64,000 nucleotides of DNA. Origin: Tubiluchus corallicola (lineage: Eukaryota; Animalia; Priapulida). The position numbers and the translations under genes were made by a program. Where the stretch lies: the NCBI GenBank assembly GCA_030141605.1, contig JAQGDQ010000623.1, forward strand, positions 44,361-108,360, written 5' to 3'. Position 1 is the stretch's first letter, and each line of letters begins with the position of its first letter. Shown piece by piece: positions 52,153 through 64,000 of the stretch. The notes under the pieces are model-generated. The model ran no database searches. It had not been told where the DNA came from and saw only the letters and a program-made list of their open reading frames with translations.

Positions 52153-52314
52153 ATTTCCAGAAATCTTCTAAGAACGTGAAAACTGCCGCTGGATTCCTGA
52201 AGTCGATGAAGAACCTGATAACTGGTAAAAAGAAACAAGAGAGCAGCGACCAACAAATACCCACAATTCAAGTGGACGGTGACCTACTGGAGGAGGACGA
52301 GGGCAGTCAAAAAA
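52153..52314 (+). CDS. EML-like gene, exon 10
   Basis: caacag|AT TTC CAG ... AAA A|gtcagt. Translates FQKSSKNVKTAAGFLKSMKNLITGKKKQESSDQQIPTIQVDGDLLEEDEGSQK; an alternative in-phase donor exists at GAC G|gtgacc. Confidence 0.75.
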
Positions 52315-52743
52315 GTCAGTCTGTGTTTTCAAATTTATGTTATCGAAATAAAAAAATCAGCTATAAAATTAAACCATGCTTATATGTAATATTTTTTGGT
52401 ATTGCTTTCTTGAATTAGTTTTGATTTCCGATGCTGAAAAATAATTGAAGTTTTATAGTTTTCGTACACATCTTTCAATTTCTGACAGAATATTCCAAAT
52501 TTATTTTGCTGTATAGAAAATTTTGAACTTGTGTTCGTTGAAAATCAACGAACCATGTTTATTTGTCATTTTGTGCATTTCTCCCCCCTCCCCCCAAGGG
52601 GGTCACTCCCCCATTGGCCCCCAGTAGTATAAACTTGCCTCATTTGTAACAATGTAAAAATTTAATGAATTTATACATACCGTATGCACACTAAACTTAT
52701 GTGAAGGTGTTATTTACACAGTTTTACCTTGTGTAATTCACAG

Positions 52744-52876
52744 GTTGGGCACGCAGGACAGGTAACGTACCTGTATCGCTAACGATCAAAGGGGCTGATA
52801 ATCAATTCTGGTTACCCGACAAATACGCGGAAGTCCCGAAGGATCCGCCAGCAGAGAGTTTTGAGCTGGAGTGGGT
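52744..52876 (+). CDS. EML: EML-like gene, exon 11 (HELP motif, first half)
   Basis: cacag|GT TGG ... TGG GT|gtaagt. Translates WARRTGNVPVSLTIKGADNQFWLPDKYAEVPKDPPAESFELEWV. Confidence 0.9.
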
Positions 52877-52904
52877 GTAAGTGCTAGTCTCACTGTTCAC
52901 AATA

Positions 52905-53830
52905 TTATCAACCTCCCACTTTTCATATGTAAAGTGCAAAACAAAAATGCATTATTTTCAAAATTAAAGCAAACAAACATTAAAGCAGCTGTTGATGTCA
53001 TGATACATCCACGAGTGCCTGTTGGCAACTAAGAATTGTACAATTGTCAAAGATACTTCCATGCACTTTCCTACAATTATCAAAAGGTAACAACTTTACT
53101 GTCAAAATGTTATCAACAGTCTTTCCGTTTATAAAACACAAAGAAAAATGCATTATCTTCAAAACTAAAGCAAACAAACATTAAAACAACCGTTGATGTC
53201 ATGATACATCCACGAGCATATGTTGGCAACCAAGAATTGTACAATTGTGAAAAATACTTCCATACGCTTTCCTACAATTATCAAAAGGCAACAACTTTAC
53301 AGTCAAAATGTTATCAACAGTCTTTCCGTTTATAATACACAAAGAAAAATGCATTATCTTCAAAATTAAAGCAAACAAACATTAAACCAGCTGTTGATGT
53401 CATGATATATCCACAACCATATGTTGGCAACCAAGAATTGTACAATTGTCAAAAATACTTCCATGCACTTTCCTACAATTATCAAAAGTCAACAACTTGT
53501 GCCCTCACTTTACTGTCAAAATGTTCCGTTTATAAAACACAAAGAAAAATGCATTATCTTCAAACTTAAAACAATCAAACATTTAAACGAGTGCACGTTG
53601 GCAACAATGAATTGTAACATTACCTAAAGACTTTCATATACTTTCATACAATTATCAAAACGTATGAGCAATTGCCATAATTTTACTGTTCAGAACGTCG
53701 TGAACACTCTTTCCAGTTAAAAAAACACTAAGAAGAATACATTACATGTAAAAGTAAAGCAAGCAAACATTGAAACAGCTATTGATATCATGTTACATCC
53801 ACGAGTGTGTTGGTGCCCATGAACTTGTAC
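52905..53830. repeat. About 201-bp tandem satellite, about 4.5 copies, in the intron splitting the HELP motif
   Basis: aaaatgcattat at 52944, 53145, 53346 and 53546. Confidence 0.93.
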
Positions 53831-54141
53831 AGTTATATGTTTGTGGTAAAACAAACTAGTCCTACTAACTAACGTCAAGGAACATCAAGGAGAGTAAATT
53901 AGCCTTAAGGAAAAGCAGAAAGAACGTTAAGATCATGAACGTTAAGAACAAATTAATGTGAAAAAGCATCAGAAGCATCAAGCAAAAATAAATACTGTCA
54001 AACATGACTCTATGCTGCACGCTGGTAGTTATTAGATTCCAAAACATTTGACGCTTACGTGTCACAATTTACATGACATTTACATAATGCTCCTTGACAT
54101 TTTTGGACACTGATTATCCCTTAACGGTACTAGACGATTCG

Positions 54142-54595
54142 TTAAAGGAAAACCGGATGATTGTGTAAACACGAGTTTAGAATAAAGAATGCTCTAAAAT
54201 ATTGAAAACTACAATAGCTTGCTTTATATCAAAGCTTAGATTAAATAATAATTACCTCGGATACTCAAATTTTGTTAAACTTTCAAAGCTACGCGCATGT
54301 CAGAGAATCTACCATGATTGGCATCTACCATTTTTCATGACATCATGCGTTTAAGCAGTACTGTAACACCTATGCAAATGTGCTTGACATGCAAGGGAAG
54401 ATGCCTGCCATTACACAAACTGTGGTAAGTTTCTGACATAAGCAATAGCTGTGTTCGGTTGCCGTTAATTAACTTGCTGAGCTAATTATTCAAATATAAG
54501 GAACAAATGTTAACTTGTGTAGGCAAGAAAATGTATATTTTGGACAGTAAATTAAAATGAGATTGAGTCTAAACAATCGTACTGTCTTCCTTTAA
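54142..54595. mobile_element. Kolobok-like MITE nested inside an older gtcaag/cttgac-rich repeat (about 53870-54800, related to 51230-51600)
   Basis: TTAA|AGGAAAACCGGATGATT ... AATCGTACTGTCTTCCT|TTAA. Confidence 0.65.
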
Positions 54596-54891
54596 CGTTT
54601 TTTTTTGATATTCTTGACATTATTTCTTGACACTCAGGCAACTACCAGTGTGCAGCGCAGCTTCATGTTTGACTTTGTATGTCTTTGGTTCACGCGTTTG
54701 ATGCGTTTTGACACTAATTTCGTTACTTGATGAGCGTTTGGCATTTTTCTATAACACAAATTTACACTAATTATTACGCTCCTTGATGCTTCTTGTCGCT
54801 AATTAGTAGAACACAAATGATTGGTCATTTTACTAGCTTCTTTTTACATTTTTATTTGGTTAAACTGCCACAAGATTGTTCTGATTTGCAG

Positions 54892-55041
54892 TTATGGATA
54901 CAGAGGGCACGACTGTAGAAACAACATTAATGTTCTACAAAGTGGGGAGCTGATTTATTTCGTTGGATGGGTGGCTGTTATCTACAGCTTAGACAATCAC
55001 ACGCAGAGGTGGTATCTACAGCACACAAACGAAATTAGAAG
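54892..55041 (+). CDS. EML: EML-like gene, exon 12 (HELP motif second half, first blade)
   Basis: ttgcag|T TAT GGA ... AGA AG|gtaaaa. Translates YGYRGHDCRNNINVLQSGELIYFVGWVAVIYSLDNHTQRWYLQHTNEIR. Confidence 0.94.
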
Positions 55042-55824
55042 GTAAAAAATGGAAAATGGGTTTGAAAAATTCTGTTTGGCACTTTGCCAACTAAACAAAC
55101 ATCAGTGTCTACAACTGAAGGTGACCCAAGTTGTGGTAGGACTGGGATCTAGGTGCGTGCCTCAAAAGTCACTATACGCTTTGCATTTTCCACATTTTTA
55201 ACAAACAAAGCAAAATGTTTGAAAATTGGAGCAAGTGAACAAAAACCTGGGCAATTCTGATTATCCAAATTAGATGAAAATCTGAAAAGAACTACTGCAC
55301 TAGCAGGCTTTGCTATTTTCACTACTTTCTTCAGGAACCTCAAGAGCCCCAGAGACCAACCCAGACAGTTCATAAGTAGTGAGAAACGACTGTACATTGT
55401 TTAAATTACATTGCTAATAGTGATGGAACAGTGCGGTCCACATGGTGCTCTGGACCTCCACTAAGCTTCAGTACGTGATTGAAGGACCTCTTCCCAGACC
55501 TCAGTTACAAACAGCCTTACTGAAATTGTCATGGCAACTGTGTTCCAGTCAAAAATAAATAAAAATATTTGCCAAACGTCCCTTCTAGTTCGTGTAAGAG
55601 TTTCCTGAGGTTGGAGAAAAATTTCAAAAGAAAATTTAAACAGAAACCAAAGTTGTGTTGTGGTTTTTTAGACATCCTATGCATTACGGTATTTACATCA
55701 AGAAATATCCATCTATGCCACAAACCAGAAGGTTGCCAAAATAGCTAACTGTTTAGTATATATATATATATATATATATATTGCCTATAAAATGTTATTT
55801 TGTACATTGTTTTTACTATTGTAG

Positions 55825-55930
55825 CTTAGCTGTACATTCCAACGGTGTGACAGTTGCCACTGGGCAGTTGGGAGCTCAGCAAAAGCTTGGGGAAAATATG
55901 ACGGCCAGTACGATGTCAGTTATGTTGGAG
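55825..55930 (+). CDS. EML: EML-like gene, exon 13 (WD40)
   Basis: ttgtag|C TTA GCT ... GAG|gtaaca. Translates LAVHSNGVTVATGQLGAQQKLGENMTASTMSVMLE; LAVHP...ATGQ is the EML consensus. Confidence 0.88.
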
Positions 55931-55949
55931 GTAACAGGTTGAGGGTACT

Positions 55950-56390
<441 letters not shown>

Positions 56391-56414
56391 ACTGTTTTCT
56401 AACTTTCTCTGCAG

Positions 56415-56519
56415 CCTCTGATTCGAGTCTGGCGAGCTGATACACTACAAACACTTCATGTGTTAGGTGGCAGCAGCACACTAGAAATGGTTGCCTGTCT
56501 CGCCTTTTCTCACACCAAG
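56415..56519 (+). CDS. EML: EML-like gene, exon 14 (WD40)
   Basis: ctgcag|CCT ... AAG|gtacag. Translates PLIRVWRADTLQTLHVLGGSSTLEMVACLAFSHTK. Confidence 0.92.
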
Positions 56520-57208
56520 GTACAGTTAATTAAATAATAACCTTTTAAATAATTACAGCAACAAAAAAATTAATAATGTTTAGAACAGTCAGTAAAATAC
56601 GCGGTTACTAATCACAGTACCAAATTATTTTTGAATTTGTAATAAGAACATTAATTATTTAAATCTCACGTATGTTGAATTATTATTATTTTGTTTATTA
56701 AACATAAGAAAATTAACTTTGATGATTTAAATCTTGATGCTGATGTTAATAGATTCACGAAGAAGTCTTGATTAAATTCTTATAGAGGAATGTTCGGCAT
56801 ACTTCTATTTCTGCCAAATATTATTAATTTTATGTCATGTATTTATTTATTTACTATACTATTTATTTGGTTCGATTCATTCAAATTTTGTCTAACACAC
56901 AAAACATTGTTCTTTATGCCTCGGAGTTTACTATTGCTCTAAATACTTTTTGCGAATTTTCTTCTGTTCTTTGTGTCGTTTTCTTCTTATTTTTGTCATT
57001 TTACTTTCCTTTGTTTTTGTCCTGCTTCGTTTTCGTCTCCCCTTCATCCTTTCTCCTGTTCTTTTTTCTTTTTGTATACCATCTTATCATTTTCTTGCTT
57101 GCAAATTATATGCCATAGCTACAAGCTATAGTAAATTTCTATGTCTTTATTTATAAATTTTGTGTCTTGCATGTGGGCAACATATTGTCAAAATTTCAAA
57201 CTTTACAG

Positions 57209-57295
57209 GATTATTTGGCAGCAGTAGATGGCACCACAGAACACACTCTTTCCCTGTGGGATGTTAACTCCGGAAAAATACTGAGCCAAAAAGGG
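57209..57295 (+). CDS. EML: EML-like gene, exon 15 (WD40)
   Basis: ttacag|GAT ... GGG|gtgcgt. Translates DYLAAVDGTTEHTLSLWDVNSGKILSQKG. Confidence 0.9.
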
Positions 57296-57710
57296 GTGCG
57301 TAATGATGAAAATGATAAAGCTCTGTATATTTTAGTGAATTGTGTTATGTCAGGTAACTTTTCGTTGCAGAAAGGCTGCCCTCGGGGAGATTGTTTTTGT
57401 CCCTTTTGTTTCTCAGACAGTAGTGCAAGACGTATTTAGGAAAGTAAAATTTTCAGGCCAATTTAACGAAATTTGGAATTAAGTTGCAGGAGAATAAATC
57501 GAAATTGAGGGAGTAACATGATCGTGAATTTGAGTTTGTTAATAGCAAAACTTGTGTGTGAGTCAGTGTGTGCGTGCATGTGTGATTTTTAGCACTTGCA
57601 AATATCAAACATATCAACTCATGGCATAATATGAAATACATTGTACATAATTAATTTCCTCAAATTCATGATACTTTCTAGTGTATGCATAACAGTTGCA
57701 AAAAGAACTT

Positions 57711-57741
<31 letters not shown>

Positions 57742-57798
57742 GCTAAAAAATTTGTAATTTGAATTTTAAGCTAAATTACTCTACATTAATTTCTCTAG

Positions 57799-57942
57799 AT
57801 TGACACTGACATAATCTGTGCTTTGAGTTTTTTACCAAATGACGCTGAGTCAATCATAACCATAGGAAAGCAGCACTTGACATGGTGGAAGTACAACCAT
57901 GAAACTGCAACTCTAGATCTAGCGAATACTGCAAATTATGAG
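57799..57942 (+). CDS. EML: EML-like gene, exon 16 (WD40)
   Basis: ctctag|ATT ... GAG|gtaata. Translates IDTDIICALSFLPNDAESIITIGKQHLTWWKYNHETATLDLANTANYE. Confidence 0.9.
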
Positions 57943-58510
57943 GTAATACTATACCCTTAAAAAGGCCGGGTTACCTTATAGCCTAGAAGGGCCTCTCAAG
58001 CTTGGGGGCGGGGTCAAGCTTTGGTAACATTTGGTAAAAAAAATCAGTGTTTTCACTACGGTTGTGTTGAAGTACGTGCTAATTTGGTTTGCAATAGATA
58101 GTAAGATAGTGATATCAAAAAATATTTTTATTGACAAACAAATGATAACTATTCTAGTTTATTTAAAGAATTTGCAATAAGTTTACTTCAAGCTATTTAA
58201 ATGAGGTCCAATATCTAAAATAATGTGTATTAGTTTTTACTTGTGAATATACGTAGTATATATAAATAATCAGATTGACGTTTCATGCAGGGCAGTTAAT
58301 AAAATGATGATGACGACGACGATGATGATGATAATGTTGATGACGACGACGACACGACGACAATGATGATGATAGTGGCGATGATGATGATAACGATGAC
58401 GACAATGTAATGAGTATGATGTTAGAAGGTCGTAGAGTGTGCCAAACCGAAAGCTAATCTCGTATTTCTTTTTCAGTTAGAATGTTAAAGTAAGTCTGAT
58501 TTTTTTTCAG

Positions 58511-58645
58511 AATCAAGTTATTCCCAAATACGTCATTACCTTGACCTTTGACCCCAACGGTCAGCCAATTACAGGCGATTCGAATGGAAATGTTTGTTTC
58601 TGGAACCAGAATAGCATCTCTCACATTATTCAAAGTGCTCATGAG
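58511..58645 (+). CDS. EML: EML-like gene, exon 17 (WD40)
   Basis: ttttcag|AAT ... GAG|gtatgt. Translates NQVIPKYVITLTFDPNGQPITGDSNGNVCFWNQNSISHIIQSAHE; PKYV...ITGDS.G is the EML consensus. Confidence 0.92.
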
Positions 58646-59015
58646 GTATGTGTGATAAAACCCAAGGAAAAGTGATCTAGGAGTAAATATAAAGAAAAAT
58701 GACTATTCAAAAATATCTACTCAGGTAGATACAGTTCGTTTACTACAATAACGACGATGATGATGGTAAGAAGATGAAAACGACGGTGCTGATAGTGGCG
58801 ATGATATTAATTGATTATTATGATGATTTTTTTTTTCTCGATGACGATGATGATGTTAATAATAATGAAGGAAGTGAAAATGATGATGAAGATGATAATG
58901 ATGGTGCTGACAATGATGATGATGATGATAACAACGATGATGATTGCAACAACAGAGGCTATGGTAATGTTGGTATACATGGCTATGACGACTCTAGTAC
59001 TAATTATACGTTTAG

Positions 59016-59129
59016 GCACCCATATTCTCTCTTACTATGTGGAAAGGAACGTTGATATCCGGTTGCAGAGATGGCACCATACATTCTTGGACACTTGGCA
59101 AAGTGCCAGAAAAAACAGGTGATTTGAAG
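59016..59129 (+). CDS. EML: EML-like gene, exon 18 (WD40)
   Basis: tttag|GCA ... AAG|gtatga. Translates APIFSLTMWKGTLISGCRDGTIHSWTLGKVPEKTGDLK. Confidence 0.9.
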
Positions 59130-60529
59130 GTATGAAAGCAACAGCATTTATTATGATAATCATATTCACGTTTTCGTGTTGATGTGAATGATTCATTATT
59201 GAAGTTTACTTATCAACATGTTGTACTTTTAAATTGTAATTAATATTAATAGTATTATTTATAAACTATACTTTTAATGAAATAATGTTTCCATTACGGT
59301 GCATTAAATTTTTGATTACCTAACAGCTTTCTCCGTTGTTGCGATAGTTGACAATAGCATTGCATGCTCCTTCAGAACCGTAAGCATTTGCTGCGTTTTG
59401 CATGGCTTCATGAAAACTGCTCTCACTAAGCAGCGATTACGTTACATTTGATAATTTTTTTTAGGTTTTCTACTTCTCACGCAGCGGATTTTCAAGCAAG
59501 ATTGCACAAAATGCACTTGTTTACCTTAGACGAATTAAAAGTTGATTTCTGACGAGAAAAAATTGAAAGAAAAGCTTTCAGTAACTGCAATGTTTGCACT
59601 GTAACAAAATATAGTAACAAATGTGTGAAACCGGCTAATGCAGAATATTTCAACCTTCAGACACAACACTCTGACATACATTGGCCTCAAATCTACTCTA
59701 TTTTTAAGGAAAAATTCCTGTTAAAAGAAAAAAACGACCTTAATTTGTCCTTGGCTGATGGGTTGGTTTTCCTGGAATAGCAGCAGAACGCTGCACAGCT
59801 TGGGCTGTACCAAGTAGGCGATCAATAAAATAGTGTGTACGATCACGCAAGTGTACAGACTAAGCTAATTAATAAGCTAAGTAGAAGTGACTGAAAAGGG
59901 TGTGTTTTCCTTAGTTTTCTCCAATTAAATCACATATAAATGTTAAACAAATGGCATGATTGGATAGCCGAGATCTTGCTGAATAGAACAGTACCTAACT
60001 TGTAATCATTTAGTTATGTCTGTGCTCGTACAGTAGCTGAAAACCCATAGGTCTTATAAGACCTATTTTGAATGGTGCTGTCCTGAAGGAGTTATGAGAA
60101 AGGTCAAGATACTTGGCATGTTATAATGTATACTTATAACAAAGAGATTTGCAAAAAAGCATACGTACAACATAAAGCTAATTTATGCTACTCCTGCATA
60201 GAAATGTTGAGGCGCGATGGTAGCCTACGTTCAATAAGAAATTATGACGTCACTTGTCGACTTCGTGACTTTTCGTAGGAGTATTGTCGTTTTTCTAAAC
60301 GCAATACTTAAATGATTCTGCAGCTCACCTTATGTTGATGCAAAAACATCACAAAGTTAGCTTTTCATAAAAACTTTTTACAGAAATTGGCGGTTCGTTG
60401 CTTTTCTTCGACCGATGAACGTCGTCATTGGTGGAAAAATGGCCGTTTAAAATAGCAGCGCCCAAGCATGTAATTGGCTCTTATTGTACTTTCATTTTAA
60501 CAAATGTTTTGACAATAATTTATGTTTAG

Positions 60530-60682
60530 CTGGAAAAAACAGACGAGGGCGTGCGATTGTTGCTTCCACATAGGGGGAACCTCGTAATTGGTACAACCGG
60601 AAACAGTATCGTTTCATGCAAGTTATCAACGCAAGAGGCGCCACTGACGGATGTGACGTTAAATAGTCAACCAATAACCCAG
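60530..60682 (+). CDS. EML: EML-like gene, exon 19 (WD40)
   Basis: tttag|CTG ... CAG|gtgcga. Translates LEKTDEGVRLLLPHRGNLVIGTTGNSIVSCKLSTQEAPLTDVTLNSQPITQ. Confidence 0.88.
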
Positions 60683-60958
60683 GTGCGAGCAGTATTTACT
60701 AAGATAAAGATGAAATTCATGCAAAAATTGTTTAATGAGGTGGTATTATGATAAACCGTAAATTTATGATTCGTTGCACAAACAGTAACTGCTCTGGTAC
60801 TGCTACTACTGTTGCTGTTGCTGCTGCTGCTGCTACTGCTGTTGTTGGTGTTGTTATTGCTGCTGCTGCTGCTGCTGCTGTTTCTACTACTACCACTTTC
60901 ACTACTAGCTTTAAACGACGCATCTGAATCTGTAAATACACGTAATTTCTATATCCAG

Positions 60959-61087
60959 GGTCATCATGAATCAATGTTTGCTATGGCGACAGCGCCAGAA
61001 GGAAAGTTCCTGACTGGATCGTTCGATGGTCTGCTAGCCATGTTTGACGTAGCTAACAGAAAAACTTTATTCAAATATTTGGCAAAG
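60959..61087 (+). CDS. EML: EML-like gene, exon 20 (WD40, second propeller)
   Basis: atccag|GGT CAT ... AAG|gtaaaa. Translates GHHESMFAMATAPEGKFLTGSFDGLLAMFDVANRKTLFKYLAK. Confidence 0.9.
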
Positions 61088-61451
61088 GTAAAACTGTACG
61101 TAACATTAAACCCCGAAATACTGTCAATTCACATTTGGACACCATAATTAGACTCTCAAACTGAAAGTTCTTGGTTCAAATCCGGACCGAGTCCTTACTT
61201 GTTCACATTTATTTTTTCAGACAAGTTTGAGTTTTCACCTTTAAAAGGTGTGTTCCTTCACTGTTCATACTCAATTCCTAATAAATTTCGCTTATGTGGT
61301 GTTGCGTCTTCTAAAGATATCCCATACTGTAGTTTGGAATGAGGGTTGCGTTTTTATCTGGGCTCTATGGTAATAGACAAATTCTGTTTGTCAGGGACTA
61401 AATGAAACATAGTTTATATTTCTCTTGCTAACATTTGCGGTTATCTTTCAG

Positions 61452-61522
61452 AATTCAAATGTCATATGCGCTGATGTCAGCAATGAGGGAACTCTTTTAG
61501 CAGCAGGCAGTAAAAATTCCGT
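61452..61522 (+). CDS. EML: EML-like gene, exon 21 (WD40)
   Basis: tttcag|AAT ... TCC GT|gtaagc. Translates NSNVICADVSNEGTLLAAGSKNS. Confidence 0.86.
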
Positions 61523-61544
61523 GTAAGCATAAATAACATATAGT

Positions 61545-61814
61545 CAGGGCCTATTTCAGGGGGGAAGTGGAGATACTTCCCCTGGGCCTCACCCTCCAGG
61601 GGGGCCTCGCGCCGAGGTAAAATTTTTTTGCTTTATGAGAACATTCAATTGTTCTTTCCTTTAACAACTGTATAACTCCATATTTTCTCTTCGAAAATGT
61701 TTCTCCCGCATTCAAGCAGTTCAAAAATTTTCTGGGCACCAACCATGGTGCCCCCTGAGGGGGCCTCACACGCCCCACTTCCCCCGGGCCTCGCTTAGGC
61801 TGAAATAGGCCCTG
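61545..61814. mobile_element. hAT-type MITE
   Basis: Perfect 15-bp TIR CAGGGCCTATTTCAG / CTGAAATAGGCCCTG. 8-bp TSD CATATAGT (61537-61544) / CATCTAGT (61815-61822), 7 of 8 identical. Confidence 0.88.
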
Positions 61815-61994
61815 CATCTAGTTGATCTGGACTATTTGATAATAAGTGATTTTTATAATCACTTGACTAAAGCCTGCAATAACTTTCTTCAACACAAGTG
61901 AAGCTTTATATATGGCTTCAGTAACCAAGCTTTTATTCACAAAGATAACTAATAAACTTAATTAATTACTTTAAGAAAACGATTATTTCTAGCT

Positions 61995-62225
61995 TAATAA
62001 TAATAATTTCGTTTAGGACACAGTCCAATGATAACACATTAAGTAACTCAATACTTATTTACAAGATGATCCCGATTATTATTACCCGCACGATAAACCC
62101 GTGTGCTTGGTCGAGGAACAAGCGGTACCTTTTTTCAAATCTTTGGGTTGACTCGGCCGAGAGTTGAACCCACGAGCTCCTGGTTGGTAAGCAAGCACAC
62201 TGCCATTGAGCTATGACAGCCGGTA
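61995..62225 (-). mobile_element. tRNA-derived SINE, same family as 50970
   Basis: The minus strand has A box TAGCTCAATGG, B box GGTTCAACTC, then GAGTCAACCCAAAGATTTGAAAAAAGGTACC and an (ATT)n tail. Confidence 0.7.
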
Positions 62226-62394
62226 GATTTGACAAAAATTGCTAGTTTACAGAAAATAGGCCTATAAGCTAATCATTGACACTAGCAGGCTTTTTTTACG
62301 CTACGCCTTGCGTTAACTTCCGGTCTCCGGAACAGGATTTTGGAATCGGAAGCCATTTTGATATAGAAACGAGCTAAAATTACTTTTATTGTTC

Positions 62395-62429
<35 letters not shown>

Positions 62430-62442
62430 GTTGTTGTTGTTG

Positions 62443-62542
<100 letters not shown>

Positions 62543-62697
62543 CTATAAATCAGCTTATTAAAATTTACCATTTTTAATTTGAAAACTCTAGTTTAAAAAT
62601 CTCTGTTTGAAATTCGTAATGTCTAACCATACAAAAAGATGGCACCACGTGATAAAAATGGCTGTTTATTCGTGATGAGACTAAATGAATTTTACAG

Positions 62698-62795
62698 GTT
62701 AGTCGTTGTCAAGATTTTCCCGACGTACGAAACCAAAACACTCCATCGATTGAAACTAAGCAGCACTTCGATGACGTCAGTTAAGTTCTCTCCAG
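62698..62795 (+). CDS. EML: EML-like gene, exon 22 (WD40); gene continues past the window
   Basis: ttacag|G TTA ... CCA G|gtacgt. Translates LVVVKIFPTYETKTLHRLKLSSTSMTSVKFSP. Confidence 0.86.
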
Positions 62796-63639
62796 GTACG
62801 TCAGGCGGTGTTTGTTTATAGCCAATCAAATAGCGTACCGAAAGGTGTTTCTCCACGACCCTTGCATAAACATCTTGGTGATTCTGATGTAATCAATTCA
62901 TCAACGTAGTTAAATTGACAATAAACTGAAATTGAAAAGAATTCTTCAGACGAAAGAGAAAGAGAAAAGAAACAAAATAAACTTGTTCATAAAAATGGGC
63001 AAATTAGTGATTTGGTGAAAGGAACAGCGAAGAAAATACCAAATTAGTTAATTTCAGTGAAAAGAAAAGCGAAAAGAAAACAGAAAAAAGAGAAAAAATG
63101 GGATTTGATTTCGAATTTGCAGCTTTTTTCTTCTTTTCATGCAACACAGAAACAGTGACGCAACGTACTGATACTTCGCCTCATTTAAATTCTTATTTAT
63201 TGCCAAACTAAGAAAACTTGCTGTGCAAATAAACTTGATATTAATTATGTTTGTTTAAATTAAAAAGTCAAAGGTTTTTCGATTGACATTTCTCAATTTT
63301 TCATATAACCACTCGATTACTGTTTGCTAATGAAAAATCGTTGAAAATGAGAACAACGTTCGAATATTTGTCTGCTTAAGTTGCCAAAATCCCAGACCAC
63401 CTGGCTAATATTGTTTGTTAGTTGACAAGTTGGTTAACTAGCAGCCTTGTTGACTGGTTTTTTGGTTTAGTTTGCCCTCTGACTGTCTGTTTGTCTAGGT
63501 AAATAAGCCTTTTCTCAGTTTCATCAAAGGTTAGGTGTACCACAGTAACGCGTCTGAACTACAATTGTGTGGTTAAAGCAATGCCGTCTGCCGCATCAGT
63601 TCAGAAACATCAACTGTTTTACGTGAACTTTATTCTACG

Positions 63640-64000
63640 TGAATGCTGTAATCTGCTAAAAACAGAGTATACGAAAATGGTAAAAAGTATGGTTGGGGTC
63701 AGATAGTCGTTCACTAATGATATAGTACTGTTTGATTGTTGAATGCCCTCATTTCAGTCCTTAACTGAACAAAGACAAAATAATTTTTGGAATAGTATCA
63801 TGAAACGGAATAGTGAAGATATGCTAAAAGGGTTAATCTTAGATTGCTTATCTCAGAACAACTATAAACATGCAACCTATTATAAATCTCTTGTTGATAA
63901 GTACAGAACTGCAGATACCAGAGAGTGAATGGGAAAAGAACATTTAAAGAACTTTATACGTTTGCGGGCTTCTCAAGGAAAGTCAAAATACGTGTAACTA
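63640..64000 (+). mobile_element. Decayed LINE fragment related to the 10.3-12.3 kb element
   Basis: YTKMVKSMVGVR*SFTNDIVLFDC*MPSFQS aligns by eye with YRTTIKALLGVRTSTTNDVCLLELGMPSLEA, with in-frame stops. Confidence 0.65.

Noticed and set aside
62150-62225. tRNA gene
   Set aside because: A and B boxes are present but the cloverleaf is degenerate and runs into a SINE body and tail. The same applies to the B-box-like pieces at about 9870 and 61170.

Overview
This is eukaryotic, not prokaryotic, DNA: an AT-rich, microsatellite-laden animal genome, most likely a protostome or lophotrochozoan invertebrate judging from the SK channel sequence. Two intron-containing genes lie head-to-tail on the + strand. 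(1) The 3' part of a small-conductance Ca2+-activated K+ channel gene (SK/KCNN) has six coding exons at 348-33238, covering S3-S5, the GYG pore, S6, the calmodulin-binding domain, the coiled coil and a long Pro/Ser-rich tail with three PRQSSL motifs. (2) The 5' part of an EMAP/EML-family HELP-WD40 gene has 22 coding exons that I traced by hand with consistent splice phases, from an ATG at 38442 to 62795, running off the window. Its N-terminus carries two EF-hand-like pairs instead of the usual coiled coil or DCX domain. The introns hold a 5'-truncated but intact-frame LINE (RT motif LMDD, (TATC)n tail), older LINE and Crypton-like relics, TTAA-flanked Kolobok-like MITEs, a hAT MITE, a Tigger-like MITE, tRNA-derived SINEs, a CpG-rich insertion with an 8-bp TSD and no TIR, minisatellites and many microsatellites. 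Most long ORFs in the supplied track are simple-repeat artefacts. No CRISPR, defence island or other prokaryote-type system is present. The most interesting signals are the EF-hand-EML architecture, possible repeat-driven splicing or circularisation, and the unusual mobile elements. All family assignments come from motif recognition by eye, with no database search.
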